64,000 bases of DNA, from positions 372,001 to 436,000 of the forward strand of contig CAXKVF010000075.1 in the NCBI GenBank assembly GCA_964057225.1, given 5' to 3'. Made by a program: the position numbers and the translations under genes. The first letter of the stretch is position 1. Every line of letters starts with the position of its first letter. Positions 1-15,600 of this stretch are shown piece after piece. Below the pieces are notes generated by a model. That model worked only from the letters and a program-made list of their open reading frames with translations, ran no database searches and had not been told where the DNA came from. The DNA is from Auanema rhodensis (lineage: Eukaryota; Animalia; Nematoda).

Positions 1-2464
1 AAAAACAAATTTTTATTGATATTGGTGCATGGTAACCATGACTTTGAAATTTACGTGAACTTTAATTTATGCTAATTAAATGTACACGTGATGTGCACTT
101 GGTATGTAACTCGCTTCACGTGAAAGATAAAGAGATGCGGTTTTCAAAATTAGATTCCCCATGTCCATATTAGTCTAAAAACAAATTTTTATTGATATTG
201 GTGCATGGTAACCATGACTTTGAAATTTACGTGAACTTTAATTTATGCTAATTAAATGTACACGTGATGTGCACTTGGTATGTAACTCGCTTCACGTGAA
301 AGATAAAGAGATGCCGTTTTCAAAATTAGATTCCCCATGTCCATATTAGTCTAAAAACAAATTTTTATTGATATTGGTGCATGGTAACCATGACTTTGAA
401 ATTTACGTGAACTTTAATTTATGCTAATTAAATGTACACGTGATGTGCACTTGGTATGTAACTCGCTTCACGTGAAAGATAAAGAGATGCGGTTTTCAAA
501 ATTAGATTCCCCATGTCCATATTAGTCTAAAAACAAATTTTTATTGATATTGGTTCATGGTAACCATGACTTTGAAATTTACGTGAACTTTAATTCATGC
601 TAATTAAATGTACACGTGATGTGCACTTGGTATGTAACTCGCTTCACGTGAAAGATAAAGAGATGCGGTTTTCAAAATTAGATTCCCCATGTCCATATTA
701 GTCTAAAAACAAATTTTTATTGATATTGGTGCATGGTAACCATGACTTTGAAATTTACGTGAACTTTAATTTATGCTGATTAAATGTACACGTGATGTGC
801 ACTTGGTATGTAACTCGCTTCACGTGAAAGATGAAGAGATGCGGTTTTCAAAATTAGATTCCCCATGTCCATATTAGTCTAAAAACAAATTTTTATTGAT
901 ATTGGTGCATGGTAACCATGACTTTGAAATTTACGTGAACTTTAATTTATGCTAATTAAATGTACACGTGATGTGCACTTGGTATGTAACTCGCTTCACG
1001 TGAAAGATAAAGAGATGCGGTTTTCAAAATTAGATTCCCCATGTCCATATTAGTCTAAAAACAAATTTTTATTGATATTGGTGCATGGTAACCATGACTT
1101 TGAAATTTACGTGAACTTTAATTTATGCTAATTAAATGTACACGTGATGTGCACTTGGTATGTAACTCGCTTCACGTGAAAGATAAAGAGATGCGGTTTT
1201 CAAAATTAGATTCCCCATGTCCATATTAGTCTAAAAACAAATTTTTATTGATATTGGTGCATGGTAACCATGACTTTGAAATTTACGTGAACTTTAATTT
1301 ATGCTAATTAAATGTACACGTGATGTGCACTTGGTATGTAACTCGCTTCACGTGAAAGATGAAGAGATGCGGTTTTCAAAATTAGATTCCCCATGTCCAT
1401 ATTAGTCTAAAAACAAATTTTTATTGATATTGGTGCATGGTAACCATGACTTTGAAATTTACGTGAACTTTAATTTATGCTAATTAAATGTACACGTGAT
1501 GTGCACTTGGTATGTAACTCGCTTCACGTGAAAGATAAAGAGATGCGGTTTTCAAAATTAGATTCCCCATGTCCATATTAGTCTAAAAACAAATTTTTAT
1601 TGATATTGGTGCATGGTAACCATGACTTTGAAATTTACGTGAACTTTAATTTATGCTAATTAAATGTACACGTGATGTGCACTTGGTATGTAACTCGCTT
1701 CACGTGAAAGATAAAGAGATGCGGTTTTCAAAATTAGATTCCCCATGTCCATATTAGTCTAAAAACAAATTTTTATTGATATTGGTGCATGGTAACCATG
1801 ACTTTGAAATTTACGTGAACTTTAATTTATGCTAATTAAATGTACACGTGATGTGCACTTGGTATGTAACTCGCTTCACGTGAAAGATAAAGAGATGCGG
1901 TTTTCAAAATTAGATTCCCCATGTCCATATTAGTCTAAAAACAAATTTTTATTGATATTGCTTCATGGTAACCATGACTTTGAAATTTACGTGAACTTTA
2001 ATTTATGCTAATTAAATGTACACGTGATGTGCACTTGGTATGTAACTCGCTTCACGTGAAAGATAAAGAGATGCGGTTTTCAAAATTAGATTCCCCATGT
2101 CCATATTAGTCTAAAAACAATTTTTTATTGATATTGGTTCATGGTAACCATGACTTTGAAATTTACGTGAACTTTAATTTATGCTAATTAAATGTACACG
2201 TGATGTGCACTTGGTATGTAACTCGCTTCACGTGAAAGATAAAGAGATGCGGTTTTTAAAATTAGATTCCCCATGTCCATATTAGTCTAAAAACAAATTT
2301 TTATTGATATTGCTTCATGGTAACCATGACTTTGAAATTTACGTGAACTTTAATTTATGCTAATTAAATGTACACGTGATGTGCACTTGGTATGTAACTC
2401 GCTTCACGTGAAAGATAAAGAGATGCGGTTTTCAAAATTAGATTCCCCATGTCCATATTAGTCT

Positions 2465-5400
2465 AAAAACAAATTTTTATTGATATTGGTGCATGGTAAC
2501 CATGACTTTGAAATTTACGTGAACTTTAATTTATGCTAATTAAATGTACACGTGATGTGCACTTGGTATGTAACTCGCTTCACGTGAAAGATGAAGAGAT
2601 GCGGTTTTCAAAATTAGATTCCCCATGTCCATATTAGTCTAAAAACAAATTTTTATTGATATTGGTGCATGGTAACCATGACTTTGAAATTTACGTGAAC
2701 TTTAATTTATGCTAATTAAATGTACACGTGATGTGCACTTGGTATGTAACTCGCTTCACGTGAAAGATAAAGAGATGCGGTTTTCAAAATTAGATTCCCC
2801 ATGTCCATATTAGTCTAAAAACAAATTTTTATTGATATTGGTGCATGGTAACCATGACTTTGAAATTTACGTGAACTTTAATTTATGCTAATTAAATGTA
2901 CACGTGATGTGCACTTGGTATGTAACTCGCTTCACGTGAAAGATAAAGAGATGCGGTTTTCAAAATTAGATTCCCCATGTCCATATTAGTCTAAAAACAA
3001 ATTTTTATTGATATTGGTGCATGGTAACCATGACTTTGAAATTTACGTGAACTTTAATTTATGCTAATTAAATGTACACGTGATGTGCACTTGGTATGTA
3101 ACTCGCTTCACGTGAAAGATGAAGAGATGCGGTTTTCAAAATTAGATTCCCCATGTCCATATTAGTCTAAAAACAAATTTTTATTGATATTGGTGCATGG
3201 TAACCATGACTTTGAAATTTACGTGAACTTTAATTCATGCTAATTAAATGTACACGTGATGTGCACTTGGTATGTAACTCGCTTCACGTGAAAGATAAAG
3301 AGATGCGGTTTTCAAAATTAGATTCCCCATGTCCATATTAGTCTAAAAACAAATTTTTATTGATATTGGTGCATGGTAACCATGACTTTGAAATTTACGT
3401 GAACTTTAATTTATGCTAATTAAATGTACACGTGATGTGCACTTGGTATGTAACTCGCTTCACGTGAAAGATAAAGAGATGCGGTTTTCAAAATTAGATT
3501 CCCCATGTCCATATTAGTCTAAAAACAAATTTTTATTGATATTGGTGCATGGTAACCATGACTTTGAAATTTACGTGAACTTTAATTTATGCTAATTAAA
3601 TGTACACGTGATGTGCACTTGGTATGTAACTCGCTTCACGTGAAAGATAAAGAGATGCGGTTTTCAAAATTAGATTCCCCATGTCCATATTAGTCTAAAA
3701 ACAAATTTTTATTGATATTGGTGCATGGTAACCATGACTTTGAAATTTACGTGAACTTTAATTTATGCTAATTAAATGTACACGTGATGTGCACTTGGTA
3801 TGTAACTCGCTTCACGTGAAAGATAAAGAGATGCGGTTTTCAAAATTAGATTCCCCATGTCCATAATAGTCTAAAAACAAATTTTTATTGATATTGGTTC
3901 ATGGTAACCATGACTTTGAAATTTACGTGAACTTTAATTCATGCTAATTAAATGTACACGTGATGTGCACTTGGTATGTAACTCGCTTCACGTGAAAGAT
4001 AAAGAGATGCGGTTTTCACAATTAGATTCCCCATGTCCATATTAGTCTAAAAACAAATTTTTATTGATATTGGTGCATGGTAACCATGACTTTGAAATTT
4101 ACGTGAACTTTAATTTATGCTAATTAAATGTACACGTGATGTGCACTTGGTATGTAACTCGCTTCACGTGAAAGATAAAGAGATGCGGTTTTCAAAATTA
4201 GATTCCCCATGTCCATATTAGTCTAAAAACAAATTTTTATTGATATTGGTGCATGGTAACCATGACTTTGAAATTTACGTGAACTTTAATTTATGCTAAT
4301 TAAATGTACACGTGATGTGCACTTGGTATGTAACTCGCTTCACGTGAAAGATAAAGAGATGCGGTTTTCAAAATTAGATTCCCCATGTCCATAATAGTCT
4401 AAAAACAAATTTTTATTGATATTGGTTCATGGTAACCATGACTTTGAAATTTACGTGAACTTTAATTCATGCTAATTAAATGTACACGTGATGTGCACTT
4501 GGTATGTAACTCGCTTCACGTGAAAGATAAAGAGATGCGGTTTTCACAATTAGATTCCCCATGTCCATATTAGTCTAAAAACAAATTTTTATTGATATTG
4601 GTGCATGGTAACCATGACTTTGAAATTTACGTGAACTTTAATTTATGCTAATTAAATGTACACGTGATGTGCACTTGGTATGTAACTCGCTTCACGTGAA
4701 AGATAAAGAGATGCGGTTTTCAAAATTAGATTCCCCATGTCCATATTAGTCTAAAAACAAATTTTTATTGATATTGGTGCATGGTAACCATGACTTTGAA
4801 ATTTACGTGAACTTTAATTTATGCTAATTAAATGTACACGTGATGTGCACTTGGTATGTAACTCGCTTCACGTGAAAGATGAAGAGATGCGGTTTTCAAA
4901 ATTAGATTCCCCATGTCCATATTAGTCTAAAAACAAATTTTTATTGATATTGGTGCATGGTAACCATGACTTTGAAATTTACGTGAACTTTAATTTATGC
5001 TAATTAAATGTACACGTGATGTGCACTTGGTATGTAACTCGCTTCACGTGAAAGATAAAGAGATGCGGTTTTCAAAATTAGATTCCCCATGTCCATATTA
5101 GTCTAAAAACAAATTTTTATTGATATTGGTGCATGGTAACCATGACTTTGAAATTTACGTGAACTTTAATTTATGCTAATTAAATGTACACGTGATGTGC
5201 ACTTGGTATGTAACTCGCTTCACGTGAAAGATAAAGAGATGCGGTTTTCAAAATTAGATTCCCCATGTCCATATTAGTCTAAAAACAAATTTTTATTGAT
5301 ATTGGTGCATGGTAACCATGACTTTGAAATTTACGTGAACTTTAATTTATGCTAATTAAATGTACACGTGATGTGCACTTGGTATGTAACTCGCTTCACG

Positions 5401-8400
5401 TGAAAGATGAAGAGATGCGGTTTTCAAAATTAGATTCCCCATGTCCATATTAGTCTAAAAACAAATTTTTATTGATATTGGTGCATGGTAACCATGACTT
5501 TGAAATTTACGTGAACTTTAATTCATGCTAATTAAATGTACACGTGATGTGCACTTGGTATGTAACTCGCTTCACGTGAAAGATAAAGAGATGCGGTTTT
5601 CAAAATTAGATTCCCCATGTCCATATTAGTCTAAAAACAAATTTTTATTGATATTGGTGCATGGTAACCATGACTTTGAAATTTACGTGAACTTTAATTT
5701 ATGCTAATTAAATGTACACGTGATGTGCACTTGGTATGTAACTCGCTTCACGTGAAAGATAAAGAGATGCGGTTTTCAAAATTAGATTCCCCATGTCCAT
5801 ATTAGTCTAAAAACAAATTTTTATTGATATTGGTGCATGGTAACCATGACTTTGAAATTTACGTGAACTTTAATTTATGCTAATTAAATGTACACGTGAT
5901 GTGCACTTGGTATGTAACTCGCTTCACGTGAAAGATAAAGAGATGCGGTTTTCAAAATTAGATTCCCCATGTCCATATTAGTCTAAAAACAAATTTTTAT
6001 TGATATTGGTGCATGGTAACCATGACTTTGAAATTTACGTGAACTTTAATTTATGCTAATTAAATGTACACGTGATGTGCACTTGGTATGTAACTCGCTT
6101 CACGTGAAAGATAAAGAGATGCGGTTTTCAAAATTAGATTCCCCATGTCCATAATAGTCTAAAAACAAATTTTTATTGATATTGGTTCATGGTAACCATG
6201 ACTTTGAAATTTACGTGAACTTTAATTCATGCTAATTAAATGTACACGTGATGTGCACTTGGTATGTAACTCGCTTCACGTGAAAGATAAAGAGATGCGG
6301 TTTTCACAATTAGATTCCCCATGTCCATATTAGTCTAAAAACAAATTTTTATTGATATTGGTGCATGGTAACCATGACTTTGAAATTTACGTGAACTTTA
6401 ATTTATGCTAATTAAATGTACACGTGATGTGCACTTGGTATGTAACTCGCTTCACGTGAAAGATAAAGAGATGCGGTTTTCAAAATTAGATTCCCCATGT
6501 CCATATTAGTCTAAAAACAAATTTTTATTGATATTGGTGCATGGTAACCATGACTTTGAAATTTACGTGAACTTTAATTTATGCTAATTAAATGTACACG
6601 TGATGTGCACTTGGTATGTAACTCGCTTCACGTGAAAGATAAAGAGATGCGGTTTTCAAAATTAGATTCCCCATGTCCATATTAGTCTAAAAACAAATTT
6701 TTATTGATATTGGTTCATGGTAACCATGACTTTGAAATTTACGTGAACTTTAATTCATGCTAATTAAATGTACACGTGATGTGCACTTGGTATGTAACTC
6801 GCTTCACGTGAAAGATAAAGAGATGCGGTTTTCACAATTAGATTCCCCATGTCCATATTAGTCTAAAAACAAATTTTTATTGATATTGGTGCATGGTAAC
6901 CATGACTTTGAAATTTACGTGAACTTTAATTTATGCTAATTAAATGTACACGTGATGTGCACTTGGTATGTAACTCGCTTCACGTGAAAGATAAAGAGAT
7001 GCGGTTTTCAAAATTAGATTCCCCATGTCCATATTAGTCTAAAAACAAATTTTTATTGATATTGGTGCATGGTAACCATGACTTTGAAATTTACGTGAAC
7101 TTTAATTTATGCTAATTAAATGTACACGTGATGTGCACTTGGTATGTAACTCGCTTCACGTGAAAGATGAAGAGATGCGGTTTTCAAAATTAGATTCCCC
7201 ATGTCCATATTAGTCTAAAAACAAATTTTTATTGATATTGGTGCATGGTAACCATGACTTTGAAATTTACGTGAACTTTAATTTATGCTAATTAAATGTA
7301 CACGTGATGTGCACTTGGTATGTAACTCGCTTCACGTGAAAGATAAAGAGATGCGGTTTTCAAAATTAGATTCCCCATGTCCATATTAGTCTAAAAACAA
7401 ATTTTTATTGATATTGGTGCATGGTAACCATGACTTTGAAATTTACGTGAACTTTAATTTATGCTAATTAAATGTACACGTGATGTGCACTTGGTATGTA
7501 ACTCGCTTCACGTGAAAGATAAAGAGATGCGGTTTTCAAAATTAGATTCCCCATGTCCATATTAGTCTAAAAACAAATTTTTATTGATATTGGTGCATGG
7601 TAACCATGACTTTGAAATTTACGTGAACTTTAATTTATGCTAATTAAATGTACACGTGATGTGCACTTGGTATGTAACTCGCTTCACGTGAAAGATGAAG
7701 AGATGCGGTTTTCAAAATTAGATTCCCCATGTCCATATTAGTCTAAAAACAAATTTTTATTGATATTGGTGCATGGTAACCATGACTTTGAAATTTACGT
7801 GAACTTTAATTCATGCTAATTAAATGTACACGTGATGTGCACTTGGTATGTAACTCGCTTCACGTGAAAGATAAAGAGATGCGGTTTTCAAAATTAGATT
7901 CCCCATGTCCATATTAGTCTAAAAACAAATTTTTATTGATATTGGTGCATGGTAACCATGACTTTGAAATTTACGTGAACTTTAATTTATGCTAATTAAA
8001 TGTACACGTGATGTGCACTTGGTATGTAACTCGCTTCACGTGAAAGATAAAGAGATGCGGTTTTCAAAATTAGATTCCCCATGTCCATATTAGTCTAAAA
8101 ACAAATTTTTATTGATATTGGTGCATGGTAACCATGACTTTGAAATTTACGTGAACTTTAATTTATGCTAATTAAATGTACACGTGATGTGCACTTGGTA
8201 TGTAACTCGCTTCACGTGAAAGATAAAGAGATGCGGTTTTCAAAATTAGATTCCCCATGTCCATATTAGTCTAAAAACAAATTTTTATTGATATTGGTGC
8301 ATGGTAACCATGACTTTGAAATTTACGTGAACTTTAATTTATGCTAATTAAATGTACACGTGATGTGCACTTGGTATGTAACTCGCTTCACGTGAAAGAT

Positions 8401-8800
8401 AAAGAGATGCGGTTTTCAAAATTAGATTCCCCATGTCCATAATAGTCTAAAAACAAATTTTTATTGATATTGGTTCATGGTAACCATGACTTTGAAATTT
8501 ACGTGAACTTTAATTCATGCTAATTAAATGTACACGTGATGTGCACTTGGTATGTAACTCGCTTCACGTGAAAGATAAAGAGATGCGGTTTTCACAATTA
8601 GATTCCCCATGTCCATATTAGTCTAAAAACAAATTTTTATTGATATTGGTGCATGGTAACCATGACTTTGAAATTTACGTGAACTTTAATTTATGCTAAT
8701 TAAATGTACACGTGATGTGCACTTGGTATGTAACTCGCTTCACGTGAAAGATAAAGAGATGCGGTTTCCAAAATTAGATTCCCCATGTCCATATTAGTCT
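2465..8800. repeat. 13-monomer higher-order repeat (2288 bp), about 2.7 copies; boundaries approximate
   Basis: Variant ccataatag recurs at 3861/6149/8437. Variant gatGaag recurs at 2593/4881/7169 and 3121/5409/7697. All are spaced 2288 = 13x176. Confidence 0.85.
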
Positions 8801-9680
8801 AAAAACAAATTTTTATTGATATTGGTGCATGGTAACCATGACTTTGAAATTTACGTGAACTTTAATTTATGCTAATTAAATGTACACGTGATGTGCACTT
8901 GGTATGTAACTCGCTTCACGTGAAAGATAAAGAGATGCGGTTTTCAAAATTAGATTCCCCATGTCCATATTAGTCTAAAAACAAATTTTTATTGATATTG
9001 CTTCATGGTAACCATGACTTTGAAATTTACGTGAACTTTAATTTATGCTAATTAAATGTACACGTGATGTGCACTTGGTATGTAACTCGCTTCACGTGAA
9101 AGATAAAGAGATGCGGTTTTCAAAATTAGATTCCCCATGTCCATATTAGTCTAAAAACAATTTTTTATTGATATTGGTTCATGGTAACCATGACTTTGAA
9201 ATTTACGTGAACTTTAATTTATGCTAATTAAATGTACACGTGATGTGCACTTGGTATGTAACTCGCTTCACGTGAAAGATAAAGAGATGCGGTTTTCAAA
9301 ATTAGATTCCCCATGTCCATATTAGTCTAAAAACAAATTTTTATTGATATTGCTTCATGGTAACCATGACTTTGAAATTTACGTGAACTTTAATTTATGC
9401 TAATTAAATGTACACGTGATGTGCACTTGGTATGTAGCTCGCTTCACGTGAAAGATAAAGAGATGCGGTTTTCAAAATTAGATTCCCCATGTCCATATTA
9501 GTCTAAAAACAATTTTTTATTGATATTGGTTCATGGTAACCATGACTTTGAAATTTACGTGAACTTTAATTTATGCTAATTAAATGTACACGTGATGTGC
9601 ACTTGGTATGTAACTCGCTTCACGTGAAAGATAAAGAGATGCGGTTTTCAAAATTAGATTCCCCATGTCCATATTAGTCT

Positions 9681-12600
9681 AAAAACAAATTTTTATTGAT
9701 ATTGGTGCATGGTAACCATGACTTTGACATTTACGTGAACTTTAATTTATGCTAATTAAATGTACACGTGATGTGCACTTGGTATGTAACTCTCTTCACG
9801 TGAAAGATAAAGAGATGCGGTTTTCAAAATTAGATTCCCCATGTCCATATTAGTCTAAAAACTAATTTTTATTGATATTGGTGCATGGTAACCATGACTT
9901 TGAAATTTACGTGAACTTTAATTTATGCTAATTAAATGTACACGTGATGTGCACTTGGTATGTAACTCGCTTCACGTGAAAGATAAAGAGATGCGGTTTT
10001 CAAAATTAGATTCCCCATGTCCATATTAGTCTAAAAACAAATTTTTATTGATATTGGTGCATGGTAACCATGACTTTGAAATTTACGTGAACTTTAATTT
10101 ATGCTAATTAAATGTACACGTGATGTGCACTTGGTATGTAACTCGCTTCACGTGAAAAATAAAGAGATGCGGTTTTCAAAATTAGATTCCCCATGTCCAT
10201 ATTAGTCTAAAAACAAATTTTTATTGATATTGGTGCATGGTAACCATGACTTTGAAATTTACGTGAACTTTAATTTATGCTAATTAAATGTACACGTGAT
10301 ATGCACTTGGTATGTAACTCGCTTCACGTGAAAGATAAAGAGATGCGGTTTTCAAAATTAGATTCCCCATGTCCATATTAGTCTAAAAACAAATTTTTAT
10401 TGATATTGGTGCATGGTAACCATGACTTTGAAATTTACGTGAACTTTAATTTATGCTAATTAAATGTACACGTGATGTGCACTTGGTATGTAACTCGCTT
10501 CACGTGAAAGATAAAGAGATGCGGTTTTCAAAATTAGATTCCCCATGTCCATATTAGTCTAAAAACAAATTTTTATTGATATTGGTTCATGGTAACCATG
10601 ACTTTGAAATTTACGTGAACTTTAATTTATGCTAATTAAATGTACACGTGATGTGCACTTGGTATGTAACTCGCTTCACGTGAAAGATAAAGAGATGCGG
10701 TTTTCAAAATTAGATTCCCCATGTCCATATTAGTCTAAAAACAAATTTTTATTGATATTGGTTCATGGTAACCATGACTTTGAAATTTACGTGAACTTTA
10801 ATTTATGCTAATTAAATGTACACGTGATGTGCACTTGGTATGTAACTCGCTTCACGTGAAAGATAAAGAGATGCGGTTTTCAAAATTAGATTCCCCATGT
10901 CCATATTAGTCTAAAAACAAATTTTTATTGATATTGGTTCATGGTAACCATGACTTTGAAATTTACGTGAACTTTAATTTATGCTAATTAAATGTACACG
11001 TGATGTGCACTCGGTATGTAACTCGCTTCACGTGAAAGATAAAGAGATGCGGTTTTCAAAATTAGATTCCCCATGTCCATATTAGTCTAAAAACAAATTT
11101 TTATTGATATTGGTGCATGGTAACCATGACTTTGAAATTTACGTGAACTTTAATTTATGCTAATTAAATGTACACGTGATGTGCACTTGGTATGTAACTC
11201 GCTTCATCGCTTCACGTGAAAGATAAAGAGATGCGGTTTTCAAAATTAGATTCCCCATGTCCATATTAGTCTAAAAACAAATTTTTATTGATATTGCTTC
11301 ATGGTAACCATGACTTTGAAATTTACGTGAACTTTAATTTATGCTAATTAAATGTACACGTGATGTGCACTTGGTATGTAACTCGCTTCACGTGAAAGAT
11401 AAAGAGATGCGGTTTTCAAAATTAGATTCCCCATGTCCATATTAGTCTAAAAAAAAATTTTTATTGATATTGGTTCATGGTAACCATGACTTTGACATTT
11501 ACGTGAACTTTAATTTATGCTAATTAAATGTACACGTGATGTGCACTTGGTATGTAACTCGCTTCACGTGAAAGATAAAGAGATGCGGTTTTCAAAATTA
11601 GATTCCCCATGTCCATATTAGTCTAAAAACAAATTTTTATTGATATTGGTGCATGGTAACCATGACTTTGAAATTTACGTGAACTTTAATTTATGCTAAT
11701 TAAATGTACACGTGATGTGCACTTGGTATGTAACTCGCTTCACGTGAAAGATAAAGAGATGCGGTTTTCAAAATTAGATTCCCCATGTCCATATTAGTCT
11801 AAAAACAAATTTTTATTGATATTGGTGCATGGTAACCATGACTTTGACATTTACGTGAACTTTAATTTATGCTAATTAAATGTACACGTGATGTGCACTT
11901 GGTATGTAACTCTCTTCACGTGAAAGATAAAGAGATGCGGTTTTCAAAATTAGATTCCCCATGTCCATATTAGTCTAAAAACTAATTTTTATTGATATTG
12001 GTGCATGGTAACCATGACTTTGAAATTGACGTGAACTTTAATTTATGCTAATTAAATGTACACGTGATGTGCACTTGGTATGTAACTCGCTTCACGTGAA
12101 AGATAAAGAGATGCGGTTTTCAAAATTAGATTCCCCATGTCCATATTAGTCTAAAAACAAATTTTTATTGATATTGGTGCATGGTAACCATGACTTTGAA
12201 ATTTACGTGAACTTTAATTTATGCTAATTAAATGTACACGTGATGTGCACTTGGTATGTAACTCGCTTCACGTGAAAAATAAAGAGATGCGGTTTTCAAA
12301 ATTAGATTCCCCATGTCCATATTAGTCTAAAAACAAATTTTTATTGATATTGGTGCATGGTAACCATGACTTTGAAATTTACGTGAACTTTAATTTATGC
12401 TAATTAAATGTACACGTGATATGCACTTGGTATGTAACTCGCTTCACGTGAAAGATAAAGAGATGCGGTTTTCAAAATTAGATTCCCCATGTCCATATTA
12501 GTCTAAAAACAAATTTTTATTGATATTGGTGCATGGTAACCATGACTTTGAAATTTACGTGAACTTTAATTTATGCTAATTAAATGTACACGTGATGTGC

Positions 12601-15600
12601 ACTTGGTATGTAACTCGCTTCACGTGAAAGATAAAGAGATGCGGTTTTCAAAATTAGATTCCCCATGTCCATATTAGTCTAAAAACAAATTTTTATTGAT
12701 ATTGGTTCATGGTAACCATGACTTTGAAATTTACGTGAACTTTAATTTATGCTAATTAAATGTACACGTGATGTGCACTTGGTATGTAACTCGCTTCACG
12801 TGAAAGATAAAGAGATGCGGTTTTCAAAATTAGATTCCCCATGTCCATATTAGTCTGAAAACAAATTTTTATTGATATTGGTTCATGGTAACCATGACTT
12901 TGAAATTTACGTGAACTTTAATTTATGCTAATTAAATGTACACGTGATGTGCACTTGGTATGTAACTCGCTTCACGTGAAAGATAAAGAGATGCGGTTTT
13001 CAAAATTAGATTCCCCATGTCCATATTAGTCTAAAAACAAATTTTTATTGATATTGGTTCATGGTAACCATGACTTTGAAATTTACGTGAACTTTAATTT
13101 ATGCTAATTAAATGTACACGTGATGTGCACTCGGTATGTAACTCGCTTCACGTGAAAGATAAAGAGATGCGGTTTTCAAAATTAGATTCCCCATGTCCAT
13201 ATTAGTCTAAAAACAAATTTTTATTGATATTGGTGCATGGTAACCATGACTTTGAAATTTACGTGAACTTTAATTTATGCTAATTAAATGTACACGTGAT
13301 GTGCACTTGGTATGTAACTCGCTTCATCGCTTCACGTGAAAGATAAAGAGATGCGGTTTTCAAAATTAGATTCCCCATGTCCATATTAGTCTAAAAACAA
13401 ATTTTTATTGATATTGCTTCATGGTAACCATGACTTTGAAATTTACGTGAACTTTAATTTATGCTAATTAAATGTACACGTGATGTGCACTTGGTATGTA
13501 ACTCGCTTCACGTGAAAGATAAAGAGATGCGGTTTTCAAAATTAGATTCCCCATGTCCATATTAGTCTAAAAAAAAATTTTTATTGATATTGGTTCATGG
13601 TAACCATGACTTTGAAATTTACGTGAACTTTAATTTATGCTAATTAAATGTACACGTGATGTGCACTTGGTATGTAACTCGCTTCACGTGAAAGATAAAG
13701 AGATGCGGTTTTCAAAATTAGATTCCCCATGTCCATATTAGTCTAAAAACAAATTTTTATTGATATTGGTTCATGGTAACCATGACTTTGAAATTTACGT
13801 GAACTTTAATTTATGCTAATTAAATGTACACGTGATGTGCACTCGGTATGTAACTCGCTTCACGTGAAAGATAAAGAGATGCGGTTTTCAAAATTAGATT
13901 CCCCATGTCCATATTAGTCTAAAAACAAATTTTTATTGATATTGGTGCATGGTAACCATGACTTTGAAATTTACGTGAACTTTAATTTATGCTAATTAAA
14001 TGTACACGTGATGTGCACTTGGTATGTAACTCGCTTCATCGCTTCACGTGAAAGATAAAGAGATGCGGTTTTCAAAATTAGATTCCCCATGTCCATATTA
14101 GTCTAAAAACAAATTTTTATTGATATTGCTTCATGGTAACCATGACTTTGAAATTTACGTGAACTTTAATTTATGCTAATTAAATGTACACGTGATGTGC
14201 ACTTGGTATGTAACTCGCTTCACGTGAAAGATAAAGAGATGCGGTTTTCAAAATTAGATTCCCCATGTCCATATTAGTCTAAAAAAAAATTTTTATTGAT
14301 ATTGGTTCATGGTAACCATGACTTTGAAATTTACGTGAACTTTAATTTATGCTAATTAAATGTACACGTGATGTGCACTTGGTATGTAACTCGCTTCACG
14401 TGAAAGATAAAGAGATGCGGTTTTCAAAATTAGATTCCCCATGTCCATATTAGTCTAAAAACAAATTTTTATTGATATTGGTTCATGGTAACCATGACTT
14501 TGAAATTTACGTGAACTTTAATTTATGCTAATTAAATGTACACGTGATGTGCACTCGGTATGTAACTCGCTTCACGTGAAAGATAAAGAGATGCGGTTTT
14601 CAAAATTAGATTCCCCATGTCCATATTAGTCTAAAAACAAATTTTTATTGATATTGGTGCATGGTAACCATGACTTTGAAATTTACGTGAACTTTAATTT
14701 ATGCTAATTAAATGTACACGTGATGTGCACTTGGTATGTAACTCGCTTCATCGCTTCACGTGAAAGATAAAGAGATGCGGTTTTCAAAATTAGATTCCCC
14801 ATGTCCATATTAGTCTAAAAACAAATTTTTATTGATATTGCTTCATGGTAACCATGACTTTGAAATTTACGTGAACTTTAATTTATGCTAATTAAATGTA
14901 CACGTGATGTGCACTTGGTATGTAACTCGCTTCACGTGAAAGATAAAGAGATGCGGTTTTCAAAATTAGATTCCCCATGTCCATATTAGTCTAAAAAAAA
15001 ATTTTTATTGATATTGGTTCATGGTAACCATGACTTTGACATTTACGTGAACTTTAATTTATGCTAATTAAATGTACACGTGATGTGCACTTGGTATGTA
15101 ACTCGCTTCACGTGAAAGATAAAGAGATGCGGTTTTCAAAATTAGATTCCCCATGTCCATATTAGTCTAAAAACAAATTTTTATTGATATTGGTGCATGG
15201 TAACCATGACTTTGAAATTTACGTGAACTTTAATTTATGCTAATTAAATGTACACGTGATGTGCACTTGGTATGTAACTCGCTTCACGTGAAAGATAAAG
15301 AGATGCGGTTTTCAAAATTAGATTCCCCATGTCCATATTAGTCTAAAAACAAATTTTTATTGATATTGGTGCATGGTAACCATGACTTTGACATTTACGT
15401 GAACTTTAATTTATGCTAATTAAATGTACACGTGATGTGCACTTGGTATGTAACTCTCTTCACGTGAAAGATAAAGAGATGCGGTTTTCAAAATTAGATT
15501 CCCCATGTCCATATTAGTCTAAAAACTAATTTTTATTGATATTGGTGCATGGTAACCATGACTTTGAAATTTACGTGAACTTTAATTTATGCTAATTAAA

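Noticed and set aside
1-176. Identity with Arabidopsis CEN178/180 or primate alpha satellite
   Set aside because: Only the length is similar. I see no recognisable sequence similarity and no CENP-B box.
24-176. Ancestral ~88-bp half-monomer (GCTTCA variant at position 24 vs GCTTCA at 113; tttgaaattta vs tttcaaaatta)
   Set aside because: The similarity is patchy and needs large gaps in AT-rich sequence. It is not supportable without a statistical self-alignment.
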